Shown here: piece after piece, positions 12,748 to 25,350 of the stretch
Layout of the letters: each line of letters begins with the position of its first letter
Position numbering within the stretch: position 1 is the first letter of the stretch
From: Selaginella moellendorffii
Taxonomy: Eukaryota; Plantae; Lycopodiophyta
Direction: 5' to 3'
Length of the DNA: 64,000 bases
NCBI RefSeq assembly: GCF_000143415.4
Contig: NW_003314270.1
Coordinates: forward strand, 248,001 to 312,000
Position numbers and translations under genes: made by a program
The notes under the pieces: generated by a model
What the model saw: only the letters and a program-made list of their open reading frames with translations
Database searches by the model: none
Told to the model about the DNA's origin: nothing

Positions 12748-14119
12748 AGCAAGATCTGAACAACAGCTCAGGCCCTCATTCTCACCATGACAGGGTATTC
12801 ATAGCTTTTTAGCACTTAGTTTCTTCTTGACAAGGTTTTTCTGCACATCGAGGTCACAACGGAGCTCGAGCTCAAACTTCTCGTTTTCTTGGTTTTGATG
12901 CGGTGCTGCTGTGCCGGATGAGGTGCTCATCCAGATCATGTCGTGCATTTCTCAAGCAACACGCGCGTGCCTGGCACTCCATCCGCTTGTTTTGCAGGCC
13001 TCCGCCAGCTTCTTTCAGCACCAGCCGTATTGCAGCCCCAAAGGCTCTACGCGTTGAGCATCTCCGCCGTCAGCCCGCAGCAAGTTCGATGGCTTCTGTC
13101 CAAAATGTCGGCGTGCAAGGAGCAACGCTGTCTCCACGTCGAGCTCCTCTTTCTCACCCTCCGCGCAAGCCATTTGCCCCGTTTGGGCATTTGTTCCAAG
13201 CTCGACTGATTCTTATTCCTAGCTGCACCCTCATCAGCTAGCCTTCGGACTTCTGGACCCTTTTTTACAAGTCGATTCTTCGAACTTTGGGAGTTCAGAG
13301 GAGCTCAAGGCTTTGAACCGAGAAACTGTGCTCCAGATAATGGAGCTCGACACACAAAAACTCTCTTTTTCTCAAATTTTCCTTTATTTTTGCATGGTTC
13401 TCCAGGCCAGAGTGACACAGTCGTATTCTAAGCTTCACACGCGTATAAATCCACGTGCACACGCACTGTGAGAATTTATGTGTCACTTGATTGTATCGTC
13501 ATCTACATATCGACCGAACTTCTTCATGAACAATCAAATTCCTGGGAAAATTGAAGGAACAGATATAGCCTGTGACTTTCCTTCCAATCAGTGTGCTTGA
13601 TCAATCTCATTCGCTGCAACGCTTTCTAAGAACGTTCAAACACAAGGTAATTGAATCTAGAGAGTTAACTACATGGACACGAGTACAATCTAAACCACAG
13701 TGTATGTCCTCCTACGAACATTGTAAACAACGTTGAATGCATGTTGTGTCAAAGATGGTCTAGATTCTGGACTCCAGAACACGCACTAACACCGAGCATC
13801 GTGGGATGCAGCCGACATTGTACCTTGGACAGGGATTGGAATAAAACAGATGTAAAGCCAGAATCACATCTGCCGCCCATATTAACTTTGGGAGGGACTT
13901 TGGGCAAAGAGAACCTAAAGTGAAGGGCTCTAATGGAATACTGAGTTGGCCTCAAATAAAGAATTCAGCGAATAAAGCCTCAAGCGTGATCGCAAGTCAC
14001 GCCATCTATAAAATAAATGCCAGTGAACCGTAATGAAAGCGGGCGGGAGGCCGTTTAGGAGATAAAACGCTGTGATCACAGTCTTGGAAGCCTTTGGAAG
14101 AACTGGAAGTCGAGAGGCC

Positions 14120-17100
14120 ATGGCAAGCGAAGGGAGAGGAAGTGATCGACATGCGGCAGCTGCTCTGCAAGAAACCATGGTAAGCAAGAAAAAACTCTCT
14201 CTCTAATCCATACCCTTCCTTTTTTTCTTTTCGCCTTGTGAATCCAGGAAGAACCTTGCAGTCGTGCTTTTCGTTTGAAGCTGTGTCACAACGAAAGCAT
14301 CAGATTAGTGATGGTTACGTTGCAGCTAAGCATGCAGGCTCTGGTGGAAGCCATCAAGAAAACTTTCAGCGAGCTGAAGAGCGCGAGCGGCATCGTCATC
14401 AGCTACGGCGACTCGGAAGGAGAAACAATCACAGTCGAGACGGACGAGGACCTGAATCTAGCACTCGGGGACATGTCTGCGAGCCAGGCCGTGCCAAGGT
14501 TTTCGGTGCGAGAGAAAGCAATGGCGACGGGTCTTGCTCCTGCAAAGCCTTCCAGTCAGGCAGGACCATGCAAGTTTTTCCAGAGTGGCTACTGCCGAAA
14601 TGGATCAAGATGCAAGTTTTCACACTCGAGCAACAACAGCAGCACGGGAAGTACCAGCATCGTGAGACCGGTGCTGCTGTCTGCGTGGTCGATTGAGAGG
14701 TGGCTCGAGAATCTGATAGGAAGATCCCCGGCAGACAACATCGAGGAGCTGAGCTCGCCACCGGGACTAGAGATGCTATGCAAGGTAGCTTCAAGCTTGC
14801 AGCTCACGCGCAAGGCGGCTGATATGCTCGCGAAGCTGCTGACCAGGGATGAAATGCGGTCTAGCATGCTCAGGCACGAGACAAACAAGATATATGGATC
14901 ACTGGCCGACTCGAGGTATGCGATGCAGCTCCAAGCTCACATGACCAATCAGATGCCACGCACGGACGAAGGTTTAAAGCCATACCTGTTGCTGATTGAA
15001 GAGCTGCAGCTGCGAACTTCCGATGGATGGAAGTATCTCCCCCTAGACGCCGCCGAGAAGCTGATCGCAGAGCTTCCGGAAACGCCCTTGAGGGACGAGC
15101 TAGGCGAAAGGTTGGGGGTACTGCTCGAGCACAGGAGAAAACTCCGGCTACAAATGGCCACATCAGATCCTGACGCAAGTTTACAGGCAAGTTCTGATGA
15201 AAAGAGATTGTTTTTCGAAAAACTTACGTTGAATGACGATGCAGGGACCGGTGTTCCGCAAGATACCGATAATTCCCAGCAAGGACGAGCTCCTCAGCGT
15301 CATCCCAACCGCAGTTCCGGTCAATAAAGTTGGGCTTCGTTACACCTCAGTTCTGGAGTACTTAGAGACGCACTTCCGGCTGCTGCGAGAGGACTTCATC
15401 AATCCACTCAGGCAAGGGATAAAGCAGTACATAAACAGGCAGGGAGGATACTTTGCGGAGGTGAGGATATATAGCAATGTGGAGCTGAAAGGAGTACGTT
15501 TCACACTAAACGGGATAGAAAACAAGGTGTCGTTCGTTGCAGAGAAAGTCAGGAACAAAACGAGGGAGATAAACTGGGAGCAGAGCAAACGGTTGATGTT
15601 TGGCTCCTTGCTGTGCATGTCAAGGGATAACTTTCAGACCATTACCTGGGCAACGGTGGCAGGAAGGAAAGAGTTGGCTCAGAATATGGTGGACCTTCGT
15701 CTTTTAGATGGAAGTGATCTCGACGCATCATTCAAATACGTCATGGTCGAGTCTGCAGCAGCATACTTCGAAGCTTATTCTCACGTTTTGAAAAGCTTGC
15801 AACGAGAGGACATGGAAAACATACCTTTCAAGTCGCATTTGATATCGTTAGTGAAGCATGTGAAGGAGCCAGCGTACTTGCCACAGAGAGCAGAGGGCGA
15901 TAGATACGACTTCAGCTCTGCTTTCCCTGGAGGCACGAAAGAATTCGGTCAGTTCAAGTTTCATATACTGCAAGATTGGCCTGAGTGGAACTCAACCCTG
16001 GACTCGAGCCAGGTCGCAGCATTGAAGCACGCTTTGACGAAAAACCTCGCACTGATTCAAGGACCACCCGGCACTGGAAAGACGTTCGTCGGGATGCTTA
16101 TCGTGAAGTTGCTGCTTGCAAATCTAAAGAGGGAGGCTACAAAGACAAGACACTTTAGCACTGCAGAAGATGTTCCCGACCTCTGTGGACCTGTTTTGAT
16201 TGTCTGCTACACGAACCATGCACTGGACCAGTTCCTGGAAGGAATTTTTCGTTCTGAGAAAAATGTGATCAGGATAGGAGGTCGAAGCAAAAACAAGCAG
16301 CTAGATGGCCGCAATCTGCAGAATCTTTTACAGCTAGCAAGGGAGAACCGGGATGTGCAGGGAGCTTACGTGAGAAAGGCAGTGGCTGCTAGAGACGACC
16401 GGAGGCGACTAGAGGCAGAAATACGCCGGTGTGTGGATGAGCTGAATCTTCCCTATGTGACAGAAACTCTTCTTCACGGTGTAGCGACAGAAGATCAGAT
16501 AACAAATTTATTCTACCTGGGACGCACGAGCGCATTAGCAGGAAAGAAGGTGGTAGAAGCCTGGCTGGAAGCTGAAAATCTCAGATACGTTGATGTTCCA
16601 GCTCGAAGAGTTGAGCAAGTAGCTAACAGGTATGCCGTTCTGGATGATGAAGTCGAAGCAGCGGACCTGCATGACCAAACGGTAAATGTTCCCCGCGAAG
16701 AAGGGAGACGTACCCAAGGCTTGGCTGCTCCAGGGGATGGTGGTTGGGTACACGTCCAGACTCGGCGTCGGAATCGTCCGGTTGAAGCAGTTGAGCAGCA
16801 GCAGGATCCAGTTGTGAACAATGCACACCGTGACGAGGTTCCACTTGAGCTCCTGGTAGATTATCCTGACGTTTGGAGCCTTCCTCTGAGGGAACGAAAG
16901 AGGCTGCACGAGTATTGGCTTGATGAGATACATGCCAACGCTCAGAAAGAACTTACCAGGTTCAAACAGGAGTATGAGGCCGCTTGCATTGAGTGCAAGG
17001 CAGCAGATAGTGAGATCCAGTTGAGTTTGCTGAGGAGGGCGAAAGTCATCGGAATGACCACGACCGCCGCTGCTCGTTTGCATGACATTCTCGTAGCGCT

Positions 17101-19895
17101 CAAACCTGAGATTGTGGTCGTGGAAGAAGCAGCAGAGGTACTGGAGAGCCACATCCTTGCTTGCATAAGCCCGTATACCAAACATCTGATCCTCATCGGC
17201 GACCACTTGCAGCTGCGGCCATCGGTCGCCACCTTCAGGCTGGCTCAGAGGCATAAGTTGGACGTTTCCATGTTTGAGAGGCTGGTACAGAGCGGAGTCG
17301 AGCACACCATGCTGAAGACGCAGAGGAGGATGAAGCCTTGCATTGCGAAGCTGATCTCGTCCATCTATCCACAGCTGAGGAACCACCCTTCTGTACTCGA
17401 GTATGAGGACGTGAAGGGAGTCAAGTCGAGTTTGTTCTTCCTTGATCACAATGCACCTGAAGAAGCCGGTCACGAAGCTGGAAGTAAAGTCAATCTTGCG
17501 GAGGCCAAGCTTGTTGTGGAGCTCTGCAGCTATCTCCTCAAACAAGAAGCATACGCCCCAGGAGATATGACGATACTGACCATGTACAAGGGACAGGTCC
17601 AGGAGATAAGCAGGAGGCTGAAAGACCGCTTTCAGTGTCGCCGGGTAACGGGAAGACCGCTTGGACCTGAAGCCGAAAACTCAGAAGCCACGGATAGTTG
17701 GATGCCGAGAGTGTCCAGTGTGGATGATTTTCAGGGAGAAGAAAACGATATCATTCTGTTGTCGCTGGTCCGGAGCAACCTGGTACCTGGTAAGGAAGAC
17801 GAAGGCACCATTGGTTTCCTCAAAACTGGCAACCGCGTCTGCGTGGCGCTCTCCAGAGCTCGCAAGGGACTGTATATCTTTGGGAATGCACAGCTGCTGG
17901 CGCTCAAAAGTCCTCTCTGGAAAGGCATACTTCACGGTCTCCACCAAGACGGACTTATGGGCTCCAAGCTCGTCCTCTGCTGCCAGAACCATCCAGGTGT
18001 GGAAACGAGCGTGCAGCATGCCGAGGATTTTCTCCAGGTTGGCGATGGTGGCTGCAGCAGACCCTGTGAATATCAGCTGGAGTGTGGCCATGCCTGCCCG
18101 AGAAGGTGTCACCCGGAATCTCACGACACTTTTATATGTCCGAAGATGTGCCTCAAGCCATATGACGGATGCACCCATCGTTGCGTGAAGTCTTGCCACG
18201 GGAGGGAAGACCCGGCCTGTCCGCCATGCAAAGAACCGGTGCTGAAGACGTTTCCAACCTGCGGACACGAACAATCAGTGCCGTGTTCGACTGATCCTGC
18301 GAAACTTACTTGCCGGAGTCCATGCAAGAAGTTACTCTCATGCGGCCATGCCTGTCCGGAGCCTTGCGGATTGCCGTGTGCAAAGTTGTGCAGGCAAGTT
18401 GTCCGCAAAGAACTGCCCTGCGGCCATGCGACGAAGATGATGTGTCCTCAAGATCCATGGACGTTTTCCTGCCTTGAGCCGTGCAGAGATATCCTTCCAG
18501 ACTGCGAACACAGATGTGGAGGAACATGTGGTAAGTGCAAGCAAGGAACGGAACACATACCATGCCAGCGGCCGTGCAAAAGAGATCTCTTTTGCGGACA
18601 CCAATGCAAAGCGAGGTGCTCCGCTTCATGTCCACCTTGCTCGGAGCCTTGCCAGAAACGCTGCTTGCACAGCAGATGCGCCGCCATCTGTGGAGCACCA
18701 TGCAAGCAGTGCCTCGAGCCTTGTTCCTGGAACTGCCGGCACTTCAGCTGCACGCTTCTCTGCTGCGAGATCTGCCAGAGACCACGCTGTGACAGGCCAT
18801 GCACGAAGCGGCTCGTCTGCGGTCATCCCTGCATCGGCCTGTGTGGAGAGCCTTGCCCAAGTGCCTGCCGCGTTTGCCAACCTGGTACTTTTGATGCAAT
18901 CACACAGCTGACGTTGGAGGAAAGCGAGAGTTCCGACAGATTCGTCGAGCTTCTGGACTGCGGGCACATCTTCGAAGTAACTGGACTGGATCAATGGATG
19001 GATATGGATGACAGTGCGGAAACTTGCTCCAAAGCAATCGTCCTTAAGTTCTGGTAAGTTGACCACCTTGATTCGATGTTAATCTATTCTTTTGTTTCTT
19101 TGCAGCCCCGCATGCAAGACGCCTGTTCGGAAGTCTTTCCGCTATGCGAACGTAGTGAAGAAAAAACTGCATCAGATAGAGCTCGTCAAGATGAAAGTTT
19201 ATGGACATGAGCAGACAAGAGCAGGAATGGGCATGCTAAGCAGGAAAGAATACAGGCAGGCATTCCAAATTTTCACGGAAGTCATCAAAAACCAGCCCGG
19301 GAACTTCGAAGCACACCTTGGAATGGCTCAAGCTCTACGCGGCTTGAAAGAATTCGGGTACGCAGTTACTCACCTCCGATTTATAGCCGAGAGAAGCAGC
19401 CTTGCCGCCGATATCCGAAGTTTGCCAGTACCACGACTCAAGAGGCCATACACTCCGGTCCCCAGCAGCTTAAACTTGAGCTTTGTGGCAGTTCCAAGCC
19501 GATCTCTCACGATCCAAGCGCTCATCCAGTGGGGATCGGCACTGACAAGCCTGACAGAATTCTCCGACGCTGTGAGACTCTGTGAGATCGTTCTCAAGCA
19601 CGACAGCACCAACGGTAGCGGCAAACGCTTGAAAGAAATGGCGGAGAAACGACTAACTCACCAGGTAGTGGAAGCCGTGAGCGCCGAGTTCTCAGCCAGG
19701 GGGCACTGGTACCAGTGTCCAAACGGTCATGTCTATGTTGTGGGAGAATGCGGCGGCCCAATGCAGACATCGCACTGCCCTGACTGTGGATCGATCATCG
19801 GCGGCGAGCATCATCAATCAGCTGCTGGGAACACGCACTCGACGATCGATGGGAGCGACCACGCGCTCTACAGCGATCATACCGAGCCCTACTAG
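14120..19895 (+). CDS. ZNFX1: ZNFX1-like NFX1-type zinc-finger SF1 RNA helicase (~1865 aa): PB1 - CCCH - UPF1-like helicase - NFX1 fingers - RING-like - TPR - RZ finger; exons 14120-14179, 14248-15186, 15245-19053, 19106-19895
   Basis: Helicase motifs GPPGTGKT, VVEEAAE, IGDHLQLRP, VDDFQGEE and NRVCVALSRAR; many CGH.C...C repeats; LDCGHIF...CPACK; C-terminal GHWYQCPNGHVYVVGECGGPM..CPDC..IGG (RZ). Three introns (68, 58 GC-AG and 52 nt) join the ORFs in frame. Confidence 0.92.
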
Positions 19896-20419
19896 GGTTT
19901 AAGGTTCAGGTGTTTGAAATAGGTTGACTCTAATATCCGTTATATGCCGATAGTTTCAGCGCGAGTTTCCTGACGATCCCAAGGTAATCGAGGATGCTTT
20001 ATGCAGCCCTGCATGAAAGGCCAAACACACCCATTTCTAGGCTCTCATTTCTCTCTTGATTTCCTGTAAATCAATTGTGAGTGTAAAACTGAGGGAATAA
20101 AATTGAGGGAATATTCCATCTTTCGCAAAGGGAGGTTAAAAGTATTAGCTCAGTTATTACCTTTGGACTGATGCTCAAGTAGGGGCTCATGCATTAGGTA
20201 GCCAAGTTCCAATCCAAGTCCAGCCAGGGCGGGTGAAAGTTGCGTGTGTGTGTTCTCACCGTGCGTAGGCTTCACTCAGCTGTTGAGGGCTTTGGCTTGC
20301 CTTGGCACTTGAAGCATGACCCTTGCAGCTGTGGCATCTTAGTTGATGTTGGCTGTGCATTGCCTTTGCTCCATCTCTGGGTGCAAGGACCTGTGTGCCT
20401 TGCATCCTCAGACGGTAGT

Positions 20420-20530
20420 TACCTGGTTGATCCTGCCAGCAGTCATATGCTTGTCTCAAAGATTAAGCCATGCATGTGTAAGTATAAACTGCTTTGTACT
20501 GTGAAACTACGAATGGCTCATTAAATCAGT
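20420..20530 (+). rRNA. Orphan 5' fragment (111 nt) of 18S rRNA, probably with adjacent 5' ETS; non-functional
   Basis: TACCTGGTTGATCCTGCCAG.AGTCATATGCTTGTCTCAAAGATTAAGCCATGCATG...GAATGGCTCATTAAATCAGT, followed by abrupt loss of similarity. Confidence 0.95.
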
Positions 20531-21059
20531 AATAAAGAAACAAGAATTAAAATGCCTGTCATTAAGATCACAAAGAGGGGGTGTGCCCAAGCTATGGTGG
20601 TGCTGACATTAACGAGAAGAAAAAAACTAGCATAAGAACCAGAACCTTTGGCAGCCTTGCTGCAGTATTGTAAAATTAAGTTTCAGTAGTTTCTGGTGAA
20701 TGTCACATTCACCAGTCTTCACTAATGCATTGCCCAGAATCTTAAGGATGATTAGTGAAGACTAGCACACCCACCAAAAATTACTGGAGCTCAATATTTG
20801 TAGCAAAGCTGCCAAAGGTTTTGATTCTTGCATTGGTCTTTTGCTTCTTGTCAACGGCACAACCTTTTGTTAATATGCCTCAGCACTACCATAACTCAGC
20901 CCTCTTGGTAATCTTAACGATAGTACAATCCCCTAGAGCTTCTTTACTTCTAACTTCCCCCTGTTCTAACAGTGACTTACTGCTGACGTGGCGAAAGATG
21001 GAATATTTCCCTGGTTCTATATCGAGCTGGACGGATTTAGTTCGCTGCTGCTTGCAGTG

Positions 21060-21860
21060 AAGTAAGTTGGCTATATGGAAAAGCCAAGAAGTTGTCCAAA
21101 TTTGTGAGTTCGTGCCCTGCTCTAGAGATGCTTGTGCTCTACTGGGCAGCCGAGATCGCGCTCCAAGTTCACTAGGCCAGTCTCAAGTTCCTCAAGTGTC
21201 TTGGAACTACACATTATGACGGAAGCCTCAAACTGAATGCTCCCAACCTTGAAGTCCTGGATGTGGGTGTTAGTTGGTGCAGTAATAGAGAACCATAGTT
21301 TGAGGCTAAGCTCATCTGTTAAAGAAGAAAAGAGCTTAATACATTGACAATGTTGCATGAATACATGATAGACGGGAATATCTTTGATGTGTGAAGGGTT
21401 GACATCTCTCTTTGACAGAGAGATGTCGCACGCCAGCCATGAGCCGCCAGTGATAGGCAGTAGGCTTTTTACTTGTGGCAGAATATACCAAATTCTCAAA
21501 CAATTTCTCTGACAATGCCGTCTTTGGAAAAGGTGGTCGGAGACTGTCATGCTGCAAACCAAGCTACCAACATAGAAAGCTTTGTTTCCACCTTTCTTAA
21601 CTCGTCTCCCAAGTTAGAGCTCCGAACTTATCTTCCAAGTACAGGAAGGATGTGCCGTCTGATCCACGAGTAAGAATAGCACGTTCCGAAGCTGATAAAC
21701 AGCTTGTACAAGCAATCAAGTTTGTTCCACCGTTTGGTTTGAGGATGAGTGCACATTACCTGAGCTTCCTCCACTAACTGAGTTAAAGAGCGACAACCAG
21801 GCCAACCAGAGTTCGACATTGATGAGGCAGACTGGAAATGTAATCTGCATGAAGTCCGAC
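21060..21860 (+). pseudogene. F-box/LRR-like pseudogene copy 3
   Basis: 21090-21725 is the reverse complement of ~1-680, with indels. Confidence 0.75.
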
Positions 21861-22039
21861 ATTTTCAAGGTAAAGCATCTCGTTTAGCATCCCGCTTGTT
21901 AGAACCATTCTTCTGTCGCGGTTTCTTCCCGGCTCAGGAGATACGAATTGTGAAGAAGCAGGTAAGTAGATATACATGATGCTGTTTTCAACAGGTACTA
22001 AGCCATGTATTGTTCATGTTGTGCCTGACTTCTATCACA

Positions 22040-23084
22040 CTTCCGGCATCAGCTGTGCAGCTTGAGAAGCTTGCTTGTGAGTGCAGTAATGCAACATTTG
22101 GAAAAGGTAAATACTCTGCCTAAGACAGAGAATTGTGTTAAGAGGACTTCATGACGTTCAGATGTTTATGATCCGAGCTATCGCAAGCCACTGAAGCTCA
22201 ATCCTGAAGAGTTCGTGTCAGACTTCCATCCAGCAAACTATGGGATTTTGGATATAGTGAGGGACACACTAGTCCCAAACGCAACCAGCCTCGGGCTGGG
22301 CTGCACAAGCTGGGGACTATTTCAAAACACACGTAGATACACCTCTGCATCTCTGGTGGTAGTGCTTCCAGGCAATCACAGTGGTGGGGAACTTGTAGAG
22401 CGACATGGAAAAGTGGAGAAAAGCCGAGGAGAACCAGAGCAATAACAATATCCACTTGCCAGCTTTCTATTCCGACTGTGAGCATGAAGTTAAATCCGGA
22501 TACAGGCTCCTGTTGACATACAATCTTTACAGCAACGGGGTAAAATCCCTATCATTGTCCAGTTTAGCTGATCATACTGGCTCCACAATCGAAGCTCGAC
22601 TCCAATTTAAGGAGTAGCAGACGGCTGTTGGTGGGATTCCCCTGTGGGCACAGATATCCTCTCAAGTAGGTATCTTCTCATGAAGGAACATGCTGAAAGA
22701 GGAGGATGCCGTCCTCTTTTGAGCTCCAAGGGCTGGTTCAGTTATGGGAAGAAAAACCAAAAGATATTTATGTAAGTCAGGTTTGTGTGAAGTTCCATTC
22801 TGAGTTTCCAGCATTTGATGAAACAAACAAGAAGGAGATTACGTGGCTTTGGAAGGAGGTTGCTCCTTCTTTTCTTTTTTTCTCTCTTCATTGTTTTTGT
22901 TTTGTTGCAGAAAAGTTGTTCTAGCTTTTGGCACAGATTGGTGGAGCTCTTCTATGGAAACGACGCACCATCTTTGAAACAAGCATACTATGCTTTAGCT
23001 GTTGTGTTCTGCATTGGTCCGGAGAAGGCAAATACGTCACAGACGGAATATGACTTAGCTCGTTTGGACACGCAATCTGGTTGA
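22040..23084 (+). pseudogene. 2OG-Fe(II) oxygenase-like pseudogene
   Basis: Across frames: ATFGKG, GDYFKTHVDTP, ASLVVVLPGNHSGGELV and AFYSDCEHEVKSGYRLLLTYNLY, giving HxD...H plus the 2OG-binding Arg. Confidence 0.7.
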
Positions 23085-23553
23085 ACTTGAGGCGTTTAGC
23101 ATTGTCCGTCGCAGCTTGTTCCCTTTTATTCGCTGAATAGGTAACGAAAGTCAGAATGTGAAACAAGAATTCTCACCACGGGGAAAACGCAAACCGTGCT
23201 CCTAGAAAAAATATGAACACAACTTCTTCCATGGCTTCCTTGCGCTTGTGTCTCTATAGAATACGAATTATATGTGTCTAGAACAATGCCAACAGAAAGG
23301 AAGAAGAGAAATGAGATTTTTTCTGGTGTGGTTTGAGTGAATTGAGCATGCATGTTTCTGAGAATGAGCCCCAAACGTCGAGCTCCATCGCCTGAGCACA
23401 AGCTCTCGGTTCAAAGCCTTGAGCTTCTAAACTCCCAAAGTTCGAGGAGAAAAATCAATCTAGCGAGGCTCCAAATTCCTTATAGCGCTTGTAACAGCAA
23501 ACCTTTAAAATCTTTTAGTATCCAAATATCTTATAAGAGATGAGTTCGTCCAG

Positions 23554-25350
23554 ATGCAAACTTGCCTTCGATCAACCACGGGAGCCAAGAGCTTCTTCCA
23601 GGTTGAATCCACCAGGGAGAGTTTCGCCACCCTCCTCAAATCATGCGCAAGAGCCAACGATTTGGCCACCGGCCGGGCGCTCCACTTCCAGATCCTCCAC
23701 AGCGGTCACAACGGGGACAAGCTCCTGGACGAACTCCTCCTCCAAATGTATGGCAAGTGCGGCAGCGTGGAGGACGCCCGGCTCGTCTTCTCCCAGATGC
23801 GCCATCCAGGCCTTTCCTCCTGGAACATGATGATCGCCGCGTATGCCCGCAATGGGCATCTGGGACACGCCAAGAACACCTTCGATCGAATGCCGTGCCG
23901 CGATTCTGTCTCGTCCAACACCATGATCTGGGCTTTCTCGCTGGGATCGAATCTCTCTGCCGTGAAGAACACCTTTGATCTCATGCCCGAGAGAGATCTT
24001 CGCTCCTGGAACTCACTCGTCGCAGCAAATGCCCAAAAGGGGGATACCCATCTCGCCAAGAGGGCGTTTGATCGTATGCCCGCCCGCGATGGCGTCTCTT
24101 GGAACGCGATCCTCTCGGCTTGCCTCGACAATCCGGATGCCGCGCAGGGGATCTTCCACGACTGCCCCGATCGAAGCATTGCATCGTGGAGCAGCGTGAT
24201 CCAGGCGGTGATTGCCGCTGGGCAGATCCACCGCGCGGTGGAGATTTTCGAGCTCATGCCTGCTCGCGATGTCTGGGTCTGGAATGCGATCGTCACGGCG
24301 CATGGAGCGAGCTCCAATCCGGCCGCGGCGAAGAAAGCTTTCGATCAAATGCCCGGAAGAGATGTGGTAGCGTGGAGCTCGCTCATCCAGACTCTCCTCC
24401 AGTCCTCGAATCACTTCGCTACCGCGGAAGAGGCGTTCCAGCGATTGCCGGCCAGGAATGTGGTCTCCTGGACGATGATCTTGCTAGCGCGATCGCAGCG
24501 CTGCGACCTGGCGGCCACGAAATCCCTCTTCTCCGCCATGCCCCAGCGCGATCTGGTGGCCTGGAACGCGCTCATCACCGCGCACGCGCAGTGCTACCAG
24601 GAATCCAAAGCCATCTTCGATCGAATGCCCGCCCAGAGCATCGCGTCCTGGAATTGCCTGATCACATCCCTGTCGCTGGGCAAGAACACCGAGACCGCGA
24701 GGCAGATCTTCGACGCGATGCCACAGCAGGATTCCAACACCTGGGCCGCGATCATCACCGCCTACGCGCAGAACGGCCGCCTGGATCAAGCGCACGAGAT
24801 CTTCCAAACCCTAGCGCTCCAAGATCGCCAAGAACAGGGCCAAGAACCCCAAGAACACCGCAATCTCGCGGCCTGGAACGCGATCATCGCCGCGCACGCG
24901 CAATTCGGCAATGGCGCCGACGCCGTCGCGCTGCTCCACGCGATGCTGCTCGAGGGATCGTCCTCCCCGTCCGACGGCTCCTTCCTGGGCGCCCTCAATG
25001 GATGCGCCCACGCCGGGCTCGTGGAAGAGAGCCGATCGATCTTCCAGGCGATGGCGAGCGACTATTCGATCGCGCCGCGGCTGGAGCACTACTGCTGCGT
25101 GATGGAGGCGCTGGGGCGAGTGGGGCAGCTGGATCGCGCCGAGGAGCTCATGGCCGCCATGCCCTATTTGCCCGACGAGGTGGCGTGGGTGGGGTTTGTG
25201 GGCATCTTCCAGATCCATGGGCAAGTGACGAGGGCGGCGGCGGCCGCGCAGCAATTCGTGGATGCCAATCCGGCGAGCGCCACTGCCCAGGTGCTGCGAT
25301 CGGTGGTTCTTCGCTGGGCGGCGTCTGGCGCGCAAAACCGAGAAATTTGA
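23554..25350 (+). CDS. PLS-class pentatricopeptide repeat protein with E extension, no DYW
   Basis: Intronless 598-aa ORF with ~31-aa repeats (FDRMP.RD.VSWNA), MYGKCGSVEDA and EHYCCVMEALGRVGQL..AEEL...MPY.PD. Confidence 0.93.
   Translation: MQTCLRSTTGAKSFFQVESTRESFATLLKSCARANDLATGRALHFQILHSGHNGDKLLDELLLQMYGKCGSVEDARLVFSQMRHPGLSSWNMMIAAYARNGHLGHAKNTFDRMPCRDSVSSNTMIWAFSLGSNLSAVKNTFDLMPERDLRSWNSLVAANAQKGDTHLAKRAFDRMPARDGVSWNAILSACLDNPDAAQGIFHDCPDRSIASWSSVIQAVIAAGQIHRAVEIFELMPARDVWVWNAIVTAHGASSNPAAAKKAFDQMPGRDVVAWSSLIQTLLQSSNHFATAEEAFQRLPARNVVSWTMILLARSQRCDLAATKSLFSAMPQRDLVAWNALITAHAQCYQESKAIFDRMPAQSIASWNCLITSLSLGKNTETARQIFDAMPQQDSNTWAAIITAYAQNGRLDQAHEIFQTLALQDRQEQGQEPQEHRNLAAWNAIIAAHAQFGNGADAVALLHAMLLEGSSSPSDGSFLGALNGCAHAGLVEESRSIFQAMASDYSIAPRLEHYCCVMEALGRVGQLDRAEELMAAMPYLPDEVAWVGFVGIFQIHGQVTRAAAAAQQFVDANPASATAQVLRSVVLRWAASGAQNREI

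Noticed and set aside
20140-20230. tRNA/SINE-like A and B boxes
   Set aside because: Weak matches; no cloverleaf, tail or TSD.
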